Assembly (NCBI GenBank): GCA_965231135.1
Contig: OZ246419.1
Span: forward strand, 81,028-145,027
DNA from: an uncultured Gammaproteobacteria bacterium
GTDB lineage: Bacteria > Patescibacteriota > Microgenomatia > UBA8517
DNA length: 64,000 nucleotides
Reading direction: 5' to 3'
In this document: positions 38,479-48,095 of the stretch, piece by piece
Layout of the letters: every line of letters begins with the position of its first letter
Position numbering within the stretch: the stretch's first letter is position 1
Position numbers and translations under genes: made by a program
Notes under the pieces: generated by a model
The model's input: only the letters and a program-made list of their open reading frames with translations
Told to the model about the DNA's origin: nothing
The model's database searches: none

Positions 38479-38772
38479 TTGATTATGAACCCACCAGAAC
38501 CTTTGACTGGACTACAAAATATCTTTAGCAATATTGTTTCAATTGCTATTGGGCTTGCTGGAATTGGTTTTTTTGTGATGTTTGTTGTAGGAGGATTTAA
38601 TTACTTAACAGCAGGCGGTGATGAGCGAAAAGTACAAGGAGCAAGACAAACGCTTACATATGCAATTGGTGGACTTGTTTTAATAGCACTTGCTTATTTA
38701 ATATTAAAACTTATTTCGGATTTCACTGGAATAACGGGAATATTAAATTTCCAAATCCAACAAAATCCATAA
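38479..38772 (+). CDS. Pilin-like two-helix membrane protein, paralog 7 (divergent, lacks NLIAQ)
   Basis: GGFNYLTAGGDERKVQGARQTLTYAIGG loop between two TM helices. Confidence 0.5.
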   Translation: MIMNPPEPLTGLQNIFSNIVSIAIGLAGIGFFVMFVVGGFNYLTAGGDERKVQGARQTLTYAIGGLVLIALAYLILKLISDFTGITGILNFQIQQNP

Positions 38773-38794
38773 GAGAGACTCTTTTACTTCCCTA

Positions 38795-41700
38795 TTGTAT
38801 AATTCAAGTATATTTATGAAATTGAAGTTAGTTGTTTTGTTGTCTTTAATTTTAGGAAGTTTGTCACTTCTTTTTATTAATAAAAATGTTTTTGCCAGAG
38901 ACGGCGGACCTGCTGCGAGCGACCCTGATATAAACATAACCTTAAGAAATTGGAAACCTGCTAATTTTCCGAACCAATTAATAGACCATCCGCAAAATAC
39001 AGATTTAACCGGGGCGCCACAGCTCTTGTATACTTTTGGGTCTCCAAACTTTACAAATTTTTATCAAATTAATGCCGTCGGGAGCAATAGCCCGGACTCT
39101 TCAAATGTTAATTCACCTGGAGCTGCAACGATTTCGTTTCAATCAGGAGATGACATAAAAGCACCAGTAGTGGGGAGAAGCATTGGGAGCGGATTTAATT
39201 ACACAATTTTATATGCCACTTCAACTGATATTGTGATTCATAACGGACTGGAAGATAGTGTTGCTAGCGGCTACACAATTCATTTTTTAAATATTAATGT
39301 TAACCCCACTCTACTTCAGATGTATAACGATAATGAAGCAAAAGGGCGAACACAACTTGTTGCCATTCCCTGTGGCTACGTGATAGGAACTGCAAGCGGA
39401 GATCCGTTTGTATCTATTCGAGATACGGGAAGCTTTATGGACCCCAGATTTAAAGACTGGTGGAGTTCTGATTCACCTGGGGTTTGTAATGATGTGCCGC
39501 CTGGATATGTAACTGCTGGAAGCAGTACTCAACCGGCGACAAACACCGAGCCTTACGACCTGTCCACAAATGTACCATGCAATGAAACCAATTATGATAT
39601 TTATAAAAGTACGGGAGGAACCGGAGCAGCTACCGAATTTCATTCTCTCAGGCCATATCCTGCAAGCCCATGTTACAAACAAACTCCTCCAAGTGAAATG
39701 GCAGCTCTTTGTTCAAATGATTTGGTTGTCATTAAACAAACTTCACCTAACTCTGCGTATCAGACAGGTTGCACTACTCCTGCTGCCGATGGGTCATATT
39801 CATGTAACTACGCAAATGTTCCAGAAAGCGCACAAGTTTCAATTGATTTAACTGGAGCACAATTGCCAATTCTCGGGAACACGCAAGATGTGCCGAATGG
39901 GACTTGGACAAGCCCAAACACGAGCGCTAATAATTTAGATGCTGCTCAGCGGGTAAATAATTATGTGAGCTGGTATTTAAACGGAGTTGTTGATAAAGCG
40001 GAAAACGATTTTTCAAGCAGCGATCCAAACTATTTAGTTAATTACTCTGGGCCACTTAATAAATTATTGCCTTTTGTCGGGCAAATACTTTCAAGAGAAA
40101 ATATTATAACTAGAGCAGCTAATTCTGTAGCTGGACCTGCAACTTCTACTGATGAACAGGGGCTTCACAATAAAATAGTTGAATGCGATTTCCCTGAGCA
40201 AGCTGGAAGCATGCCATGTTATTTATATACAATAACCAGATTTATAAGTTTTCTTCAGGCAGTAAGCCCTAACAATACAATGACTCAAGGGCAAGGGGAT
40301 GCTATTGCTAATTTGTCTACTATAAGAAGAATTACTGATTGGGTAGGCCACACCCCTCCACTTGAACAAGATTTTTCAACTGTAAGCGGATGGCTGCAAG
40401 CTTATTCACAATGGCTTGGGAATATTTGTATAACACCAATTTTTGGCTGCCCAACAACTCCCTCAACATGGTGGGCAAAGTTTTTTGCCTTTGTTCCTTT
40501 TTCTACAAACGAAGACAGAGTCGGTACTATTGGAACCAACCAAATAGCAAACACAACGCCAGCAAATAATTCTTGTAGAACGACAGGGGCTCCTTGTTCA
40601 ACTACTTGCGCTAACGGGAAAACTTTTAGCGACAGCTGCCCTGGGAACGGATCGTTTGATTCATGCAGCCAGTGGGCGCAACAAGCGTGCGGTACGGTAA
40701 ACAGCACTCCTCTATCAAATAACGGAGATACTACAAGCTTTGGGCAAACTAATCCTGGAGATGTGACTTTTACACCAAGTAATGGGACAAATAATATACA
40801 TAATTTATATTTTGCTCATGCACAAGAAGATACAGAGCTTGCAACACAATTGCAAAACACTTTTAAGTCAATTGATGCAACAAGCAGCCATGATACCAAT
40901 ACTGCGCCTCAAATCGGGCCTGGATGTACGATTTTAAACACTAGAACAAATCCTGGAGATAATTTATATGGAGATATCGATAGAACAAAAGCACAAGGAT
41001 ATGCGCAAGACGATCAAAAAATATCGGGAACAGTAAATTTTACCGGAAGCTATACTTGTACTTTTAAACCAATTGTTAGTGTCTCAGGCAGCACGTTTGA
41101 AAACGGAGGAGGAATTAGCGGAAACTTAACATATACATGTACATCAGCGACTGCAAATCTTTCAATTTATACGCAGAGCCCGGAAGTCGGAAACATCTGG
41201 GATCAGCTTGTCGGCGGATCACAATCAATTTTTAAAAGATTTTTCCCACAAACCGGAGCCAACTCTCCAGTTACTCAAATCACAGAAACACCAGCACAAA
41301 CGAATATTACTTATCAAGCTGGAGGAGATGATGAAGTAACTGCCGGAAATAGCGGCGGGGGCGGAGCGACAGCAACTGCAAATTTATATATTCCATATGT
41401 GGGCGGGATAAAAGATTATTTTTTAGATGCAATACAAACAGCTCTTAGGCCTCAGGGAATGGGAACATCCCCTGCATTAACAGCCTCCTCTAATTCGTCG
41501 AGTTCCAGTTCCGGGCCAATTTCCTGTACACCTGATGATTTTGCAGCAGCTTTTGGAGACCAAGCTAAAAATGCATCATGCATTGCCAATGCAGAAAGCA
41601 GATGTATACCTGATAACCATAATTTATCCTGTTTAAAAATTGGCGGTACACAGGATTATAGTTATGGACTTTTTGGAATAAATTTACTTGCTCATCCTGC

Positions 41701-41989
41701 TATTCAAGCTTTGACTCCTCCTGATCTTAAACAGCAATTTGATTCAATTGCACAGAGTGAAGGAAAACCTGCTGGATATTATTGGACCTGCAAACAAGGA
41801 TTTACAACAATTGGAATAGCTGATGCTAGCGGACACATGATTAGCCCTTGTGTTATTGGAGATCAGGCGATTGTTGATAAATGTGTGCAATATTATTCTA
41901 ATGCACAAAATAATATGAATTATGCAGCTGCGTTTGAACAAAGATTTGGTTGGAAATATTGGGGTACTGCTCCTCAATGTGGGCTTTAA
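38795..41989 (+). CDS. Giant Cys-rich surface protein (1064 aa) with C-terminal lysozyme-like/lytic-transglycosylase-like domain
   Basis: N-terminal signal anchor, many Cys, T/S/N-rich, C-terminal ...CIANAESRCIPDNHNLSC...DYSYGLFGINLLAHP resembling the catalytic Glu-Ser and GLMQI-type motifs of the SLT/GH23 fold. Confidence 0.5.
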   Translation: MYNSSIFMKLKLVVLLSLILGSLSLLFINKNVFARDGGPAASDPDINITLRNWKPANFPNQLIDHPQNTDLTGAPQLLYTFGSPNFTNFYQINAVGSNSPDSSNVNSPGAATISFQSGDDIKAPVVGRSIGSGFNYTILYATSTDIVIHNGLEDSVASGYTIHFLNINVNPTLLQMYNDNEAKGRTQLVAIPCGYVIGTASGDPFVSIRDTGSFMDPRFKDWWSSDSPGVCNDVPPGYVTAGSSTQPATNTEPYDLSTNVPCNETNYDIYKSTGGTGAATEFHSLRPYPASPCYKQTPPSEMAALCSNDLVVIKQTSPNSAYQTGCTTPAADGSYSCNYANVPESAQVSIDLTGAQLPILGNTQDVPNGTWTSPNTSANNLDAAQRVNNYVSWYLNGVVDKAENDFSSSDPNYLVNYSGPLNKLLPFVGQILSRENIITRAANSVAGPATSTDEQGLHNKIVECDFPEQAGSMPCYLYTITRFISFLQAVSPNNTMTQGQGDAIANLSTIRRITDWVGHTPPLEQDFSTVSGWLQAYSQWLGNICITPIFGCPTTPSTWWAKFFAFVPFSTNEDRVGTIGTNQIANTTPANNSCRTTGAPCSTTCANGKTFSDSCPGNGSFDSCSQWAQQACGTVNSTPLSNNGDTTSFGQTNPGDVTFTPSNGTNNIHNLYFAHAQEDTELATQLQNTFKSIDATSSHDTNTAPQIGPGCTILNTRTNPGDNLYGDIDRTKAQGYAQDDQKISGTVNFTGSYTCTFKPIVSVSGSTFENGGGISGNLTYTCTSATANLSIYTQSPEVGNIWDQLVGGSQSIFKRFFPQTGANSPVTQITETPAQTNITYQAGGDDEVTAGNSGGGGATATANLYIPYVGGIKDYFLDAIQTALRPQGMGTSPALTASSNSSSSSSGPISCTPDDFAAAFGDQAKNASCIANAESRCIPDNHNLSCLKIGGTQDYSYGLFGINLLAHPAIQALTPPDLKQQFDSIAQSEGKPAGYYWTCKQGFTTIGIADASGHMISPCVIGDQAIVDKCVQYYSNAQNNMNYAAAFEQRFGWKYWGTAPQCGL

Positions 41990-42003
41990 GATATAATTTA
42001 TTT

Positions 42004-42459
42004 ATGAAGGAATTTATATTTAAATATAGAAAAATTTTAATTTTAATATTGGGGATTTTTATTGTAATTATTTTTGTTTTTATTTATTTAAATTCACGAG
42101 GACAAAATGTTTCGACAGATCAAAATAATTTTAAAGCCCCAACAGGTGTAAAAGTTAATGTTAACAACCAGACAGTAAATAATTTTTACAAAAGCGATAC
42201 TTTTACCTATCCTACTGGAAATGCTGTGATTGACGAAAACCCTTATTACCAAATTGCATATACTTCAAATAATCAAGAATTTTTAATAACAATTTTATCT
42301 TCAGACCCTAATTCACAAAACCTGGCAGAGCAAGATTTTGTGAGTAAGCTTTCGATATCGCAAAGTACTGCATGTAAATTAAATGTGGAAGTAAGAAGTT
42401 ATTCAAATCTAAACATTACAAGCAGTCCAAATCTTTCTAAGCTTAGTTTCTGTAAGTAA
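42004..42459 (+). CDS. Small secreted/membrane-anchored hypothetical protein
   Basis: Start moved to MKEFIFKYRK to avoid overlap with upstream gene; single N-terminal TM helix. Confidence 0.4.
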   Translation: MKEFIFKYRKILILILGIFIVIIFVFIYLNSRGQNVSTDQNNFKAPTGVKVNVNNQTVNNFYKSDTFTYPTGNAVIDENPYYQIAYTSNNQEFLITILSSDPNSQNLAEQDFVSKLSISQSTACKLNVEVRSYSNLNITSSPNLSKLSFCK

Positions 42460-42494
42460 TTTTTTATTGTATAATTGTTGTGAACCTTTAATAA

Positions 42495-44156
42495 ATGACT
42501 AAATTAATTTCAAAATTTTTAATTTCTATAATTACAAGTTTGGTTTTGGTTTTCAGCATTGTTCCTGCTGCAATGGCACAAACACCAAATCCAGCACAGG
42601 TGGGAACACAAGGAGTAGGACAAGCACTGCAAGGAGCAGCACCAGAATCTTCTACCAATACTACGTCTGCAACTCCAGGGCCATGGTATAACCAGAACTT
42701 TGGACAGTGGTCTGCAAAAGTTTTTGACTCTTCTAACCCAAATGAGATATTTGGAGAAAGATACACATACGCACAGGTTAACTGGATTATTAATTCATTA
42801 ATTGCGGTGATTATTGGATCTGATATTAGTAGCTGCATTTCTTCTGGCTCAAACGGAAACGTCTCGTCGATAGGTACTTGTGCAGCAAAATTATTACCAA
42901 GCAACCAAACAAGTAATAATACTGGAATGAAAGGTGGAACTTTTACCGCTTTATCTTATTTAGGTGGAACATTAATGAATTTTAAACCTGCATCTGGAGT
43001 AAATTATACCAAGCAAATCGCTTCTAATTTACATGTAATATCTCCAGCTTATGCTCAAAGCACAAGCGCTGGTTTTGCAACGCTTTCTCCTGTTCAATCT
43101 TTGTGGCAAGTAGTGAGGGATATTTCTTATTCTTTAATGGTTGTAATAATAATTATTGCTGCCTTTGCAATAATGTTTAGATTAAAATTGTCTCCTCAGC
43201 TTACAGCTTCTATTCAATCAATATTACCACGTATTGCCGTTGCATTAATTTTAATCACTTTTTCTTATGCAATCGCTGGTTTTTTGATTGATTTAATGTA
43301 TGTAGTTATTGGAGCGTTTGCTGTTATGGTAAAAATAGGAGGTTCTACCTTAAGTACAGGTTCGGTTCTATATCTTTTTGGTCAGCTTAATTCTATTAAC
43401 GGACTAACAAGCCTTTTTATCGGGATGTTAATTTTTATCGTGCTATTAGTAGGCGGCGGAGCTTTATTAACGTTAGGAGCAATAAGTGCTGGTGTGATTT
43501 CTGGTGGTATAAGTGTATTAGGTATACCAGTTGGTATTATTATTGTATTGGTTGGAGTTATTTTTGTAGGGTGGATTATTTTGCGTTTAATTTGGCTTTT
43601 GGTTAAAACCTCTGTTATTACTGTTCTTTTAATTATTGCTTCTCCGTTTATGATTTTAGGTGACACTTTAGATATTGGTGGTGGATTTATAAGTTGGTTT
43701 AGAACACTTGCTGCTAATTTAGCCGTTTATCCAACTGTAACAATCATGATTTTTTTGGCTCACTATTTCTTTTGGGGATGGGCAGCTGGTGCACTTACAC
43801 AGATTTTTCCTACCAATAATCCTTTTAATACTTATGCCATTTCTGCTCTTAATATAAATGGGACGTCTGGTGTGATTAATTTACCTGGCATGCCTATTGG
43901 TACATCTATAATTGGTTTTTTTGCAGCTTTTATAATTGTATTTTTAATTCCAAAAGCTGCAGATGTAGTTGAAGGAATAATTAAAGGTAAAGGTGTGGAT
44001 GTTGGAGGTGCTGTTAAAGAATCTCACGGTCCAGTTCGAGCTCTACTCGCATCTCGTGCTGCAAGTTATGAAACTTATAAGAGATCGTTGCCAGGAGGCG
44101 ATCCAAAATATGTTGATCCAGTCGCACAATTCCTTCGATCAACTGGCATTATGTAA
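42495..44156 (+). CDS. VirB6/TrbL-like polytopic T4SS channel protein with N-terminal extracytoplasmic domain
   Basis: Signal peptide, ~190-aa exposed domain, then six or more long hydrophobic helices with Gly-rich segments; size and topology typical of VirB6/TcpH/ConG-like proteins; the call rests on architecture and locus context. Confidence 0.5.
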   Translation: MTKLISKFLISIITSLVLVFSIVPAAMAQTPNPAQVGTQGVGQALQGAAPESSTNTTSATPGPWYNQNFGQWSAKVFDSSNPNEIFGERYTYAQVNWIINSLIAVIIGSDISSCISSGSNGNVSSIGTCAAKLLPSNQTSNNTGMKGGTFTALSYLGGTLMNFKPASGVNYTKQIASNLHVISPAYAQSTSAGFATLSPVQSLWQVVRDISYSLMVVIIIIAAFAIMFRLKLSPQLTASIQSILPRIAVALILITFSYAIAGFLIDLMYVVIGAFAVMVKIGGSTLSTGSVLYLFGQLNSINGLTSLFIGMLIFIVLLVGGGALLTLGAISAGVISGGISVLGIPVGIIIVLVGVIFVGWIILRLIWLLVKTSVITVLLIIASPFMILGDTLDIGGGFISWFRTLAANLAVYPTVTIMIFLAHYFFWGWAAGALTQIFPTNNPFNTYAISALNINGTSGVINLPGMPIGTSIIGFFAAFIIVFLIPKAADVVEGIIKGKGVDVGGAVKESHGPVRALLASRAASYETYKRSLPGGDPKYVDPVAQFLRSTGIM

Positions 44157-44164
44157 AAGATTGA

Positions 44165-46171
44165 TTATTTAAAATAATCGCGGTGTTGAGATGTAAAGGC
44201 AGATTTAGCTTGCATCCAGTTAAGCCCAAATGCGTCGTTTTGAATGAAGTTAAAACCTTTTGATTTGTTTTTAATTCCAAACCACAGCTTAAGGATATTT
44301 TCTCTAATAGAGTTATCTAATTTTAGTTTTTTGACAACGTTGCTTAACTCTTGTCCGTTTATCCCTGATCCTTGTCCTTTCATAATAACGTCGTATAATT
44401 TTTTTGCGGAGCCAAGATCTTCTAAATAATATCCTGAAAACGGAGTATTCCCAACTTCTTTCCAAGGAATATTGTTTGCTGAGACCGAAGCTGAGCCATT
44501 ACTCCAAATTTCTCTTCCTACATGTTGTAGAACTTCAAACAGATTTACTTTTCCGTCTTTGTCTTTAGTTATTCCATATGCATCAATTTCAGAAGTTGGT
44601 TTGAATGTTATAGCTTTTAAAGCGTTTCCAATAGTTTTTCGAGGGAGAACTACAGGAAATTTATCGATATTTTTAACATTTTTATATTGTAATGACCATT
44701 CACCTGCTTGCCCCATAGCTTCAGGGGTACCACCAGTCGCTTTGGCAAAAAGCCTTTCTTGTGGATGCATAACCATCCACATTGCTGGACTTTTAAAATG
44801 ACTTGGTGCTGCATTTGGAATTGGTTTATTTCGATCATTTCTTTTTACAACGTGGCCTTCATTATCGTAGTTATATACACTATCATATTCTTCAAGAACA
44901 CTTGTAGCATATATAAGGTTCCAAGCGACAGCTTCTGCTTTTTTAGCATCTTCTTCGTTCACTCCTGTTTTATCCATTAGGAATTGCCACATACCCTTTC
45001 TAAAAGAGTCAAACTGTTCGTTTGTTTTAATATCAAAAACACTCCTTATTTCGCCAGGGTTATTCATGTCATTATTTGGAATATGTATAAATCTGATACT
45101 CTTATCATCTGAGATGACTGTGGAGTATAGTGCCGCTGCGTTAAATACTCCATTTATTTTCATTCCATTTTCTAATGTCGAATTCTCTAGCTGATATCCT
45201 AGTTGGTTGTCTGTTAGTTTATCGTATGAAACTGCTGCTCTTTTATAAGCTGCAAAAGACCATATAGAGGCACGAGCTTTCCATTCTTTAGTTATTATTT
45301 CTCTTTCTTTCGGATTATTATGTCCAATAAGTAAAAATGCTGGAACTTTTAATGTCATATCTACTGGGGCATATGCACCTCTTTCTACTGTTTCATATAT
45401 TTCAAGTTGTTGTTCCGGCGAACCTTCTCCAGAGGCCATGGCAAAGCCACGAGCAATATCTTCGGCTGTAAGCCCTGTCGCTCCACCTTGCTGCAACATT
45501 TGTATATAAGCAATCATTTGTTGCATTAATTGTTCTTGAGTATCTGGTTTCGGAGGTTGTTGTTTTTTAAGTTCTTCATTAAGATATGATTTTGCCTGAC
45601 TTTCTAATGCTTGTGGTGGCAAACCCCAACCTCTAACGCCGATTTCTCTTTTTAAAGGTGCTATTTTGGGGCTGTTTTCTGGTGCTCCTCCTGCTCTTCC
45701 AAGAGCTAATGCCATATTTAAAACAGCAACATCTCTATATTCACTTAGAATCCCATCATAAGCGTCATTCCAGCCTTCTACTCCTTTTTCAAAGTCTTCT
45801 AATTCTTCAACATTGAGTGCGTTTATTTTCCCGTATGCAGTTTTATAGTCATTATTCAGTTGGATATCTATTAATGCGTTTTTAAGTTGTTTAAAGACGC
45901 CTTGTTCTTGTGCAGAACGAATAATACGAGCTCTTTCTGTTTTTAATGTTTTTTCTTTTTGTGGATCAGGATTGTTAATTAAAGTTTTTAATTCATTTTG
46001 GACTTCGCTAAAAGGGCGAGGAAATTCTTGTTTAGATTCTGCTCCACTTCCGCCTCTTTCAAAAACATGATGACCACTGGGCCTTGGCATTTCAGGCCTT
46101 TTTCCAAAATCAGGATTGAAACCCATATTTTCTGGTGTCATGTTTGTATCTGGAGAAACTCCATCGGGCAT
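44165..46171 (-). CDS. Large hypothetical protein (668 aa) of unknown function
   Basis: Long clean ORF on opposite strand within the T4SS-like locus; no signal peptide, no nucleotide-binding motif found. Confidence 0.45.
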   Translation of the reverse strand: MPDGVSPDTNMTPENMGFNPDFGKRPEMPRPSGHHVFERGGSGAESKQEFPRPFSEVQNELKTLINNPDPQKEKTLKTERARIIRSAQEQGVFKQLKNALIDIQLNNDYKTAYGKINALNVEELEDFEKGVEGWNDAYDGILSEYRDVAVLNMALALGRAGGAPENSPKIAPLKREIGVRGWGLPPQALESQAKSYLNEELKKQQPPKPDTQEQLMQQMIAYIQMLQQGGATGLTAEDIARGFAMASGEGSPEQQLEIYETVERGAYAPVDMTLKVPAFLLIGHNNPKEREIITKEWKARASIWSFAAYKRAAVSYDKLTDNQLGYQLENSTLENGMKINGVFNAAALYSTVISDDKSIRFIHIPNNDMNNPGEIRSVFDIKTNEQFDSFRKGMWQFLMDKTGVNEEDAKKAEAVAWNLIYATSVLEEYDSVYNYDNEGHVVKRNDRNKPIPNAAPSHFKSPAMWMVMHPQERLFAKATGGTPEAMGQAGEWSLQYKNVKNIDKFPVVLPRKTIGNALKAITFKPTSEIDAYGITKDKDGKVNLFEVLQHVGREIWSNGSASVSANNIPWKEVGNTPFSGYYLEDLGSAKKLYDVIMKGQGSGINGQELSNVVKKLKLDNSIRENILKLWFGIKNKSKGFNFIQNDAFGLNWMQAKSAFTSQHRDYFK

Positions 46172-46235
46172 AAGTGTATTTTACCATTTTTGGCAAAAAT
46201 TGACTAGTTTTTATTATGGGATTATAATTCTGATC

Positions 46236-46889
46236 ATGAGATTTATAGAAAGACTTTTTGGAAAGAAACCAAAAGATAATATCAAACAAAAAAGTAATAT
46301 AGATACACCAGACTGGTTACAACAAGTTGCTGAACTAAAGACTTTAAACAAAACTTCTTCAGAAAATGCTAAATCGAAAGAAAAGGATATGTTTAGAGGA
46401 GAAATTGAAGCAAAATACTCTTTAACTAAAAGACTAAATATATTAAGAGAGCGATGCCAAATTCTTGGTGTAAATAATTTATTACACGAACTGAAAGATG
46501 TTTTTCCGGACGCTGACAGTGTTTCTGATGTTGAATTCGGGATTGCTTTTAATAGAGACTATATAATTACAAGCGCAGGGTATAAATTGTTTAGTCCACA
46601 CAGAGACTATATTAAAATTAAGGAGTTTTTGGAAAATTATACACTTGATTCGTTAAGAAAGACGACATATTTGGAAGTTTTTGCAATGCAAAAACTTACT
46701 AAGCGCATAACAACTACAACAGGAACAGGTATTAATGACAGTTGGGATGAAAATATAGATGTCGACGTGTTTAATCTAAGGTTGTTTGAAAACAAAATTG
46801 AATTTAACGGAACAACTGTAAGTTTTCCGGAGAGTGGTACAAAGCAGAATCTTCAGCAAAGTTTAGTTAATTTTCTATCTTACCGTTAA
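46236..46889 (+). CDS. Hypothetical protein
   Basis: Start placed at MRFIERLFGKK (track start 46116 would overlap the convergent gene). Confidence 0.4.
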   Translation: MRFIERLFGKKPKDNIKQKSNIDTPDWLQQVAELKTLNKTSSENAKSKEKDMFRGEIEAKYSLTKRLNILRERCQILGVNNLLHELKDVFPDADSVSDVEFGIAFNRDYIITSAGYKLFSPHRDYIKIKEFLENYTLDSLRKTTYLEVFAMQKLTKRITTTTGTGINDSWDENIDVDVFNLRLFENKIEFNGTTVSFPESGTKQNLQQSLVNFLSYR

Positions 46890-46892
46890 AAT

Positions 46893-47885
46893 TTAACATA
46901 CACCTTCAAAGACCTGGCCACAGGAACATTGATACCCTGGCTCAATCTTTTTTTCAATAACTTTGTGACAATATGGGCATTCTTTGACGTATTTGGCTTT
47001 TTTCTCGCCTAAATTTGCTTGTCTAAAATTGCCCATGCCGTCCATGACATAATTTCCAAAGCGAAACTCAAGCTCCTGATTTAGCGAACCTGGGCAAGCA
47101 TAAGTGTTTATTTTCCAGCCTTTTTCCTGCATTAACCTTTCTGCTGCCGCCCCGGAGCGGATATAATCTCTTTCGTGAACTGCAAATTCCAATTCAATAC
47201 TCATTTGCTTTGCAATTGGCAAGGCATCCCATACTGCCCTACTTTTAATTTTTCTTGGGGCGCCTTTTTTTATTTCTTCTAACGCTTTCGAATCAAGATC
47301 TAAAAAATCTAAATTGGAGGTTAAAAAGGCAGCTTGGCGCAAATCATCCGGATTAAAAATCAAATCTTTACCTTCTTTAATTAATAATTTATCAGCAAGT
47401 AATAATAAATCCTGGGGAGACAATTTCGAAGGGATTCCGTAACACTCCAGCACTTTCATACCCAAAAGATGTCTTACTTTAGCAATATTAATTCTTGATT
47501 CTTTATAGGGAGAATTACCTCCTGAAGGACTAAAAGAAATAATAAATTCATTTTCTTTTGCTTGCTTAGCTTTTTGATAATAAAAATCTATTGCGCCTGC
47601 AGTCTCGGCAGATGATAATTCATTGTTGTTACCAAAATTGACAGCTACTTCTTCGCGAGAGGTTAGATTAATAATTTTACCTTCTTGAGTGATAGCAATA
47701 TACCAAGGATTAATTCTTTCTTCTAAGTTTCTGTCTCCTGCTTCAATGACAAGGCCGGCAAGATCGTGGGCAATAACCCAGCTGCGTTTTTTTAAAGAAT
47801 ATTTTTTATAGATTGCAGTATCAAATACTTTTTTTGTTTCTGTGAAGTCAAATTGAGAATTTATTTTTTCTTGACGATCTACCAT
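46893..47885 (-). CDS. Hypothetical protein with C-terminal CxxC...CxC zinc ribbon
   Basis: C-terminal ECPYCHKVIEKKIEPGYQCSCGQVFEGVC. Confidence 0.45.
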   Translation of the reverse strand: MVDRQEKINSQFDFTETKKVFDTAIYKKYSLKKRSWVIAHDLAGLVIEAGDRNLEERINPWYIAITQEGKIINLTSREEVAVNFGNNNELSSAETAGAIDFYYQKAKQAKENEFIISFSPSGGNSPYKESRINIAKVRHLLGMKVLECYGIPSKLSPQDLLLLADKLLIKEGKDLIFNPDDLRQAAFLTSNLDFLDLDSKALEEIKKGAPRKIKSRAVWDALPIAKQMSIELEFAVHERDYIRSGAAAERLMQEKGWKINTYACPGSLNQELEFRFGNYVMDGMGNFRQANLGEKKAKYVKECPYCHKVIEKKIEPGYQCSCGQVFEGVC

Positions 47886-48095
47886 ATCTGCTCGGAATTA
47901 AACCCTTGTTAGTTTTCCGACTATACGGTAGCGGCACTGCGAGGGAATTACACCCTACTTCCTTAAACACAAAGATAATTTTCATATTAAACTTTCATTC
48001 TTTAAAAACAAGGAGTGTTTTGTGCGTGAAAATGCTATAATGGTTGCTTAAACTGCTTCACAGAGTAAAGTTAAAGTAAGGCATAGTTTTTTAAA

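Noticed and set aside
42495-44156. Assigning the 553-aa polytopic protein as a transporter/permease unrelated to T4SS
   Set aside because: The long signal-anchored extracytoplasmic N-domain, the Gly-rich helices and its position between pilin-like genes and VirB4 fit VirB6/TrbL-like proteins better. The assignment remains moderate-confidence.
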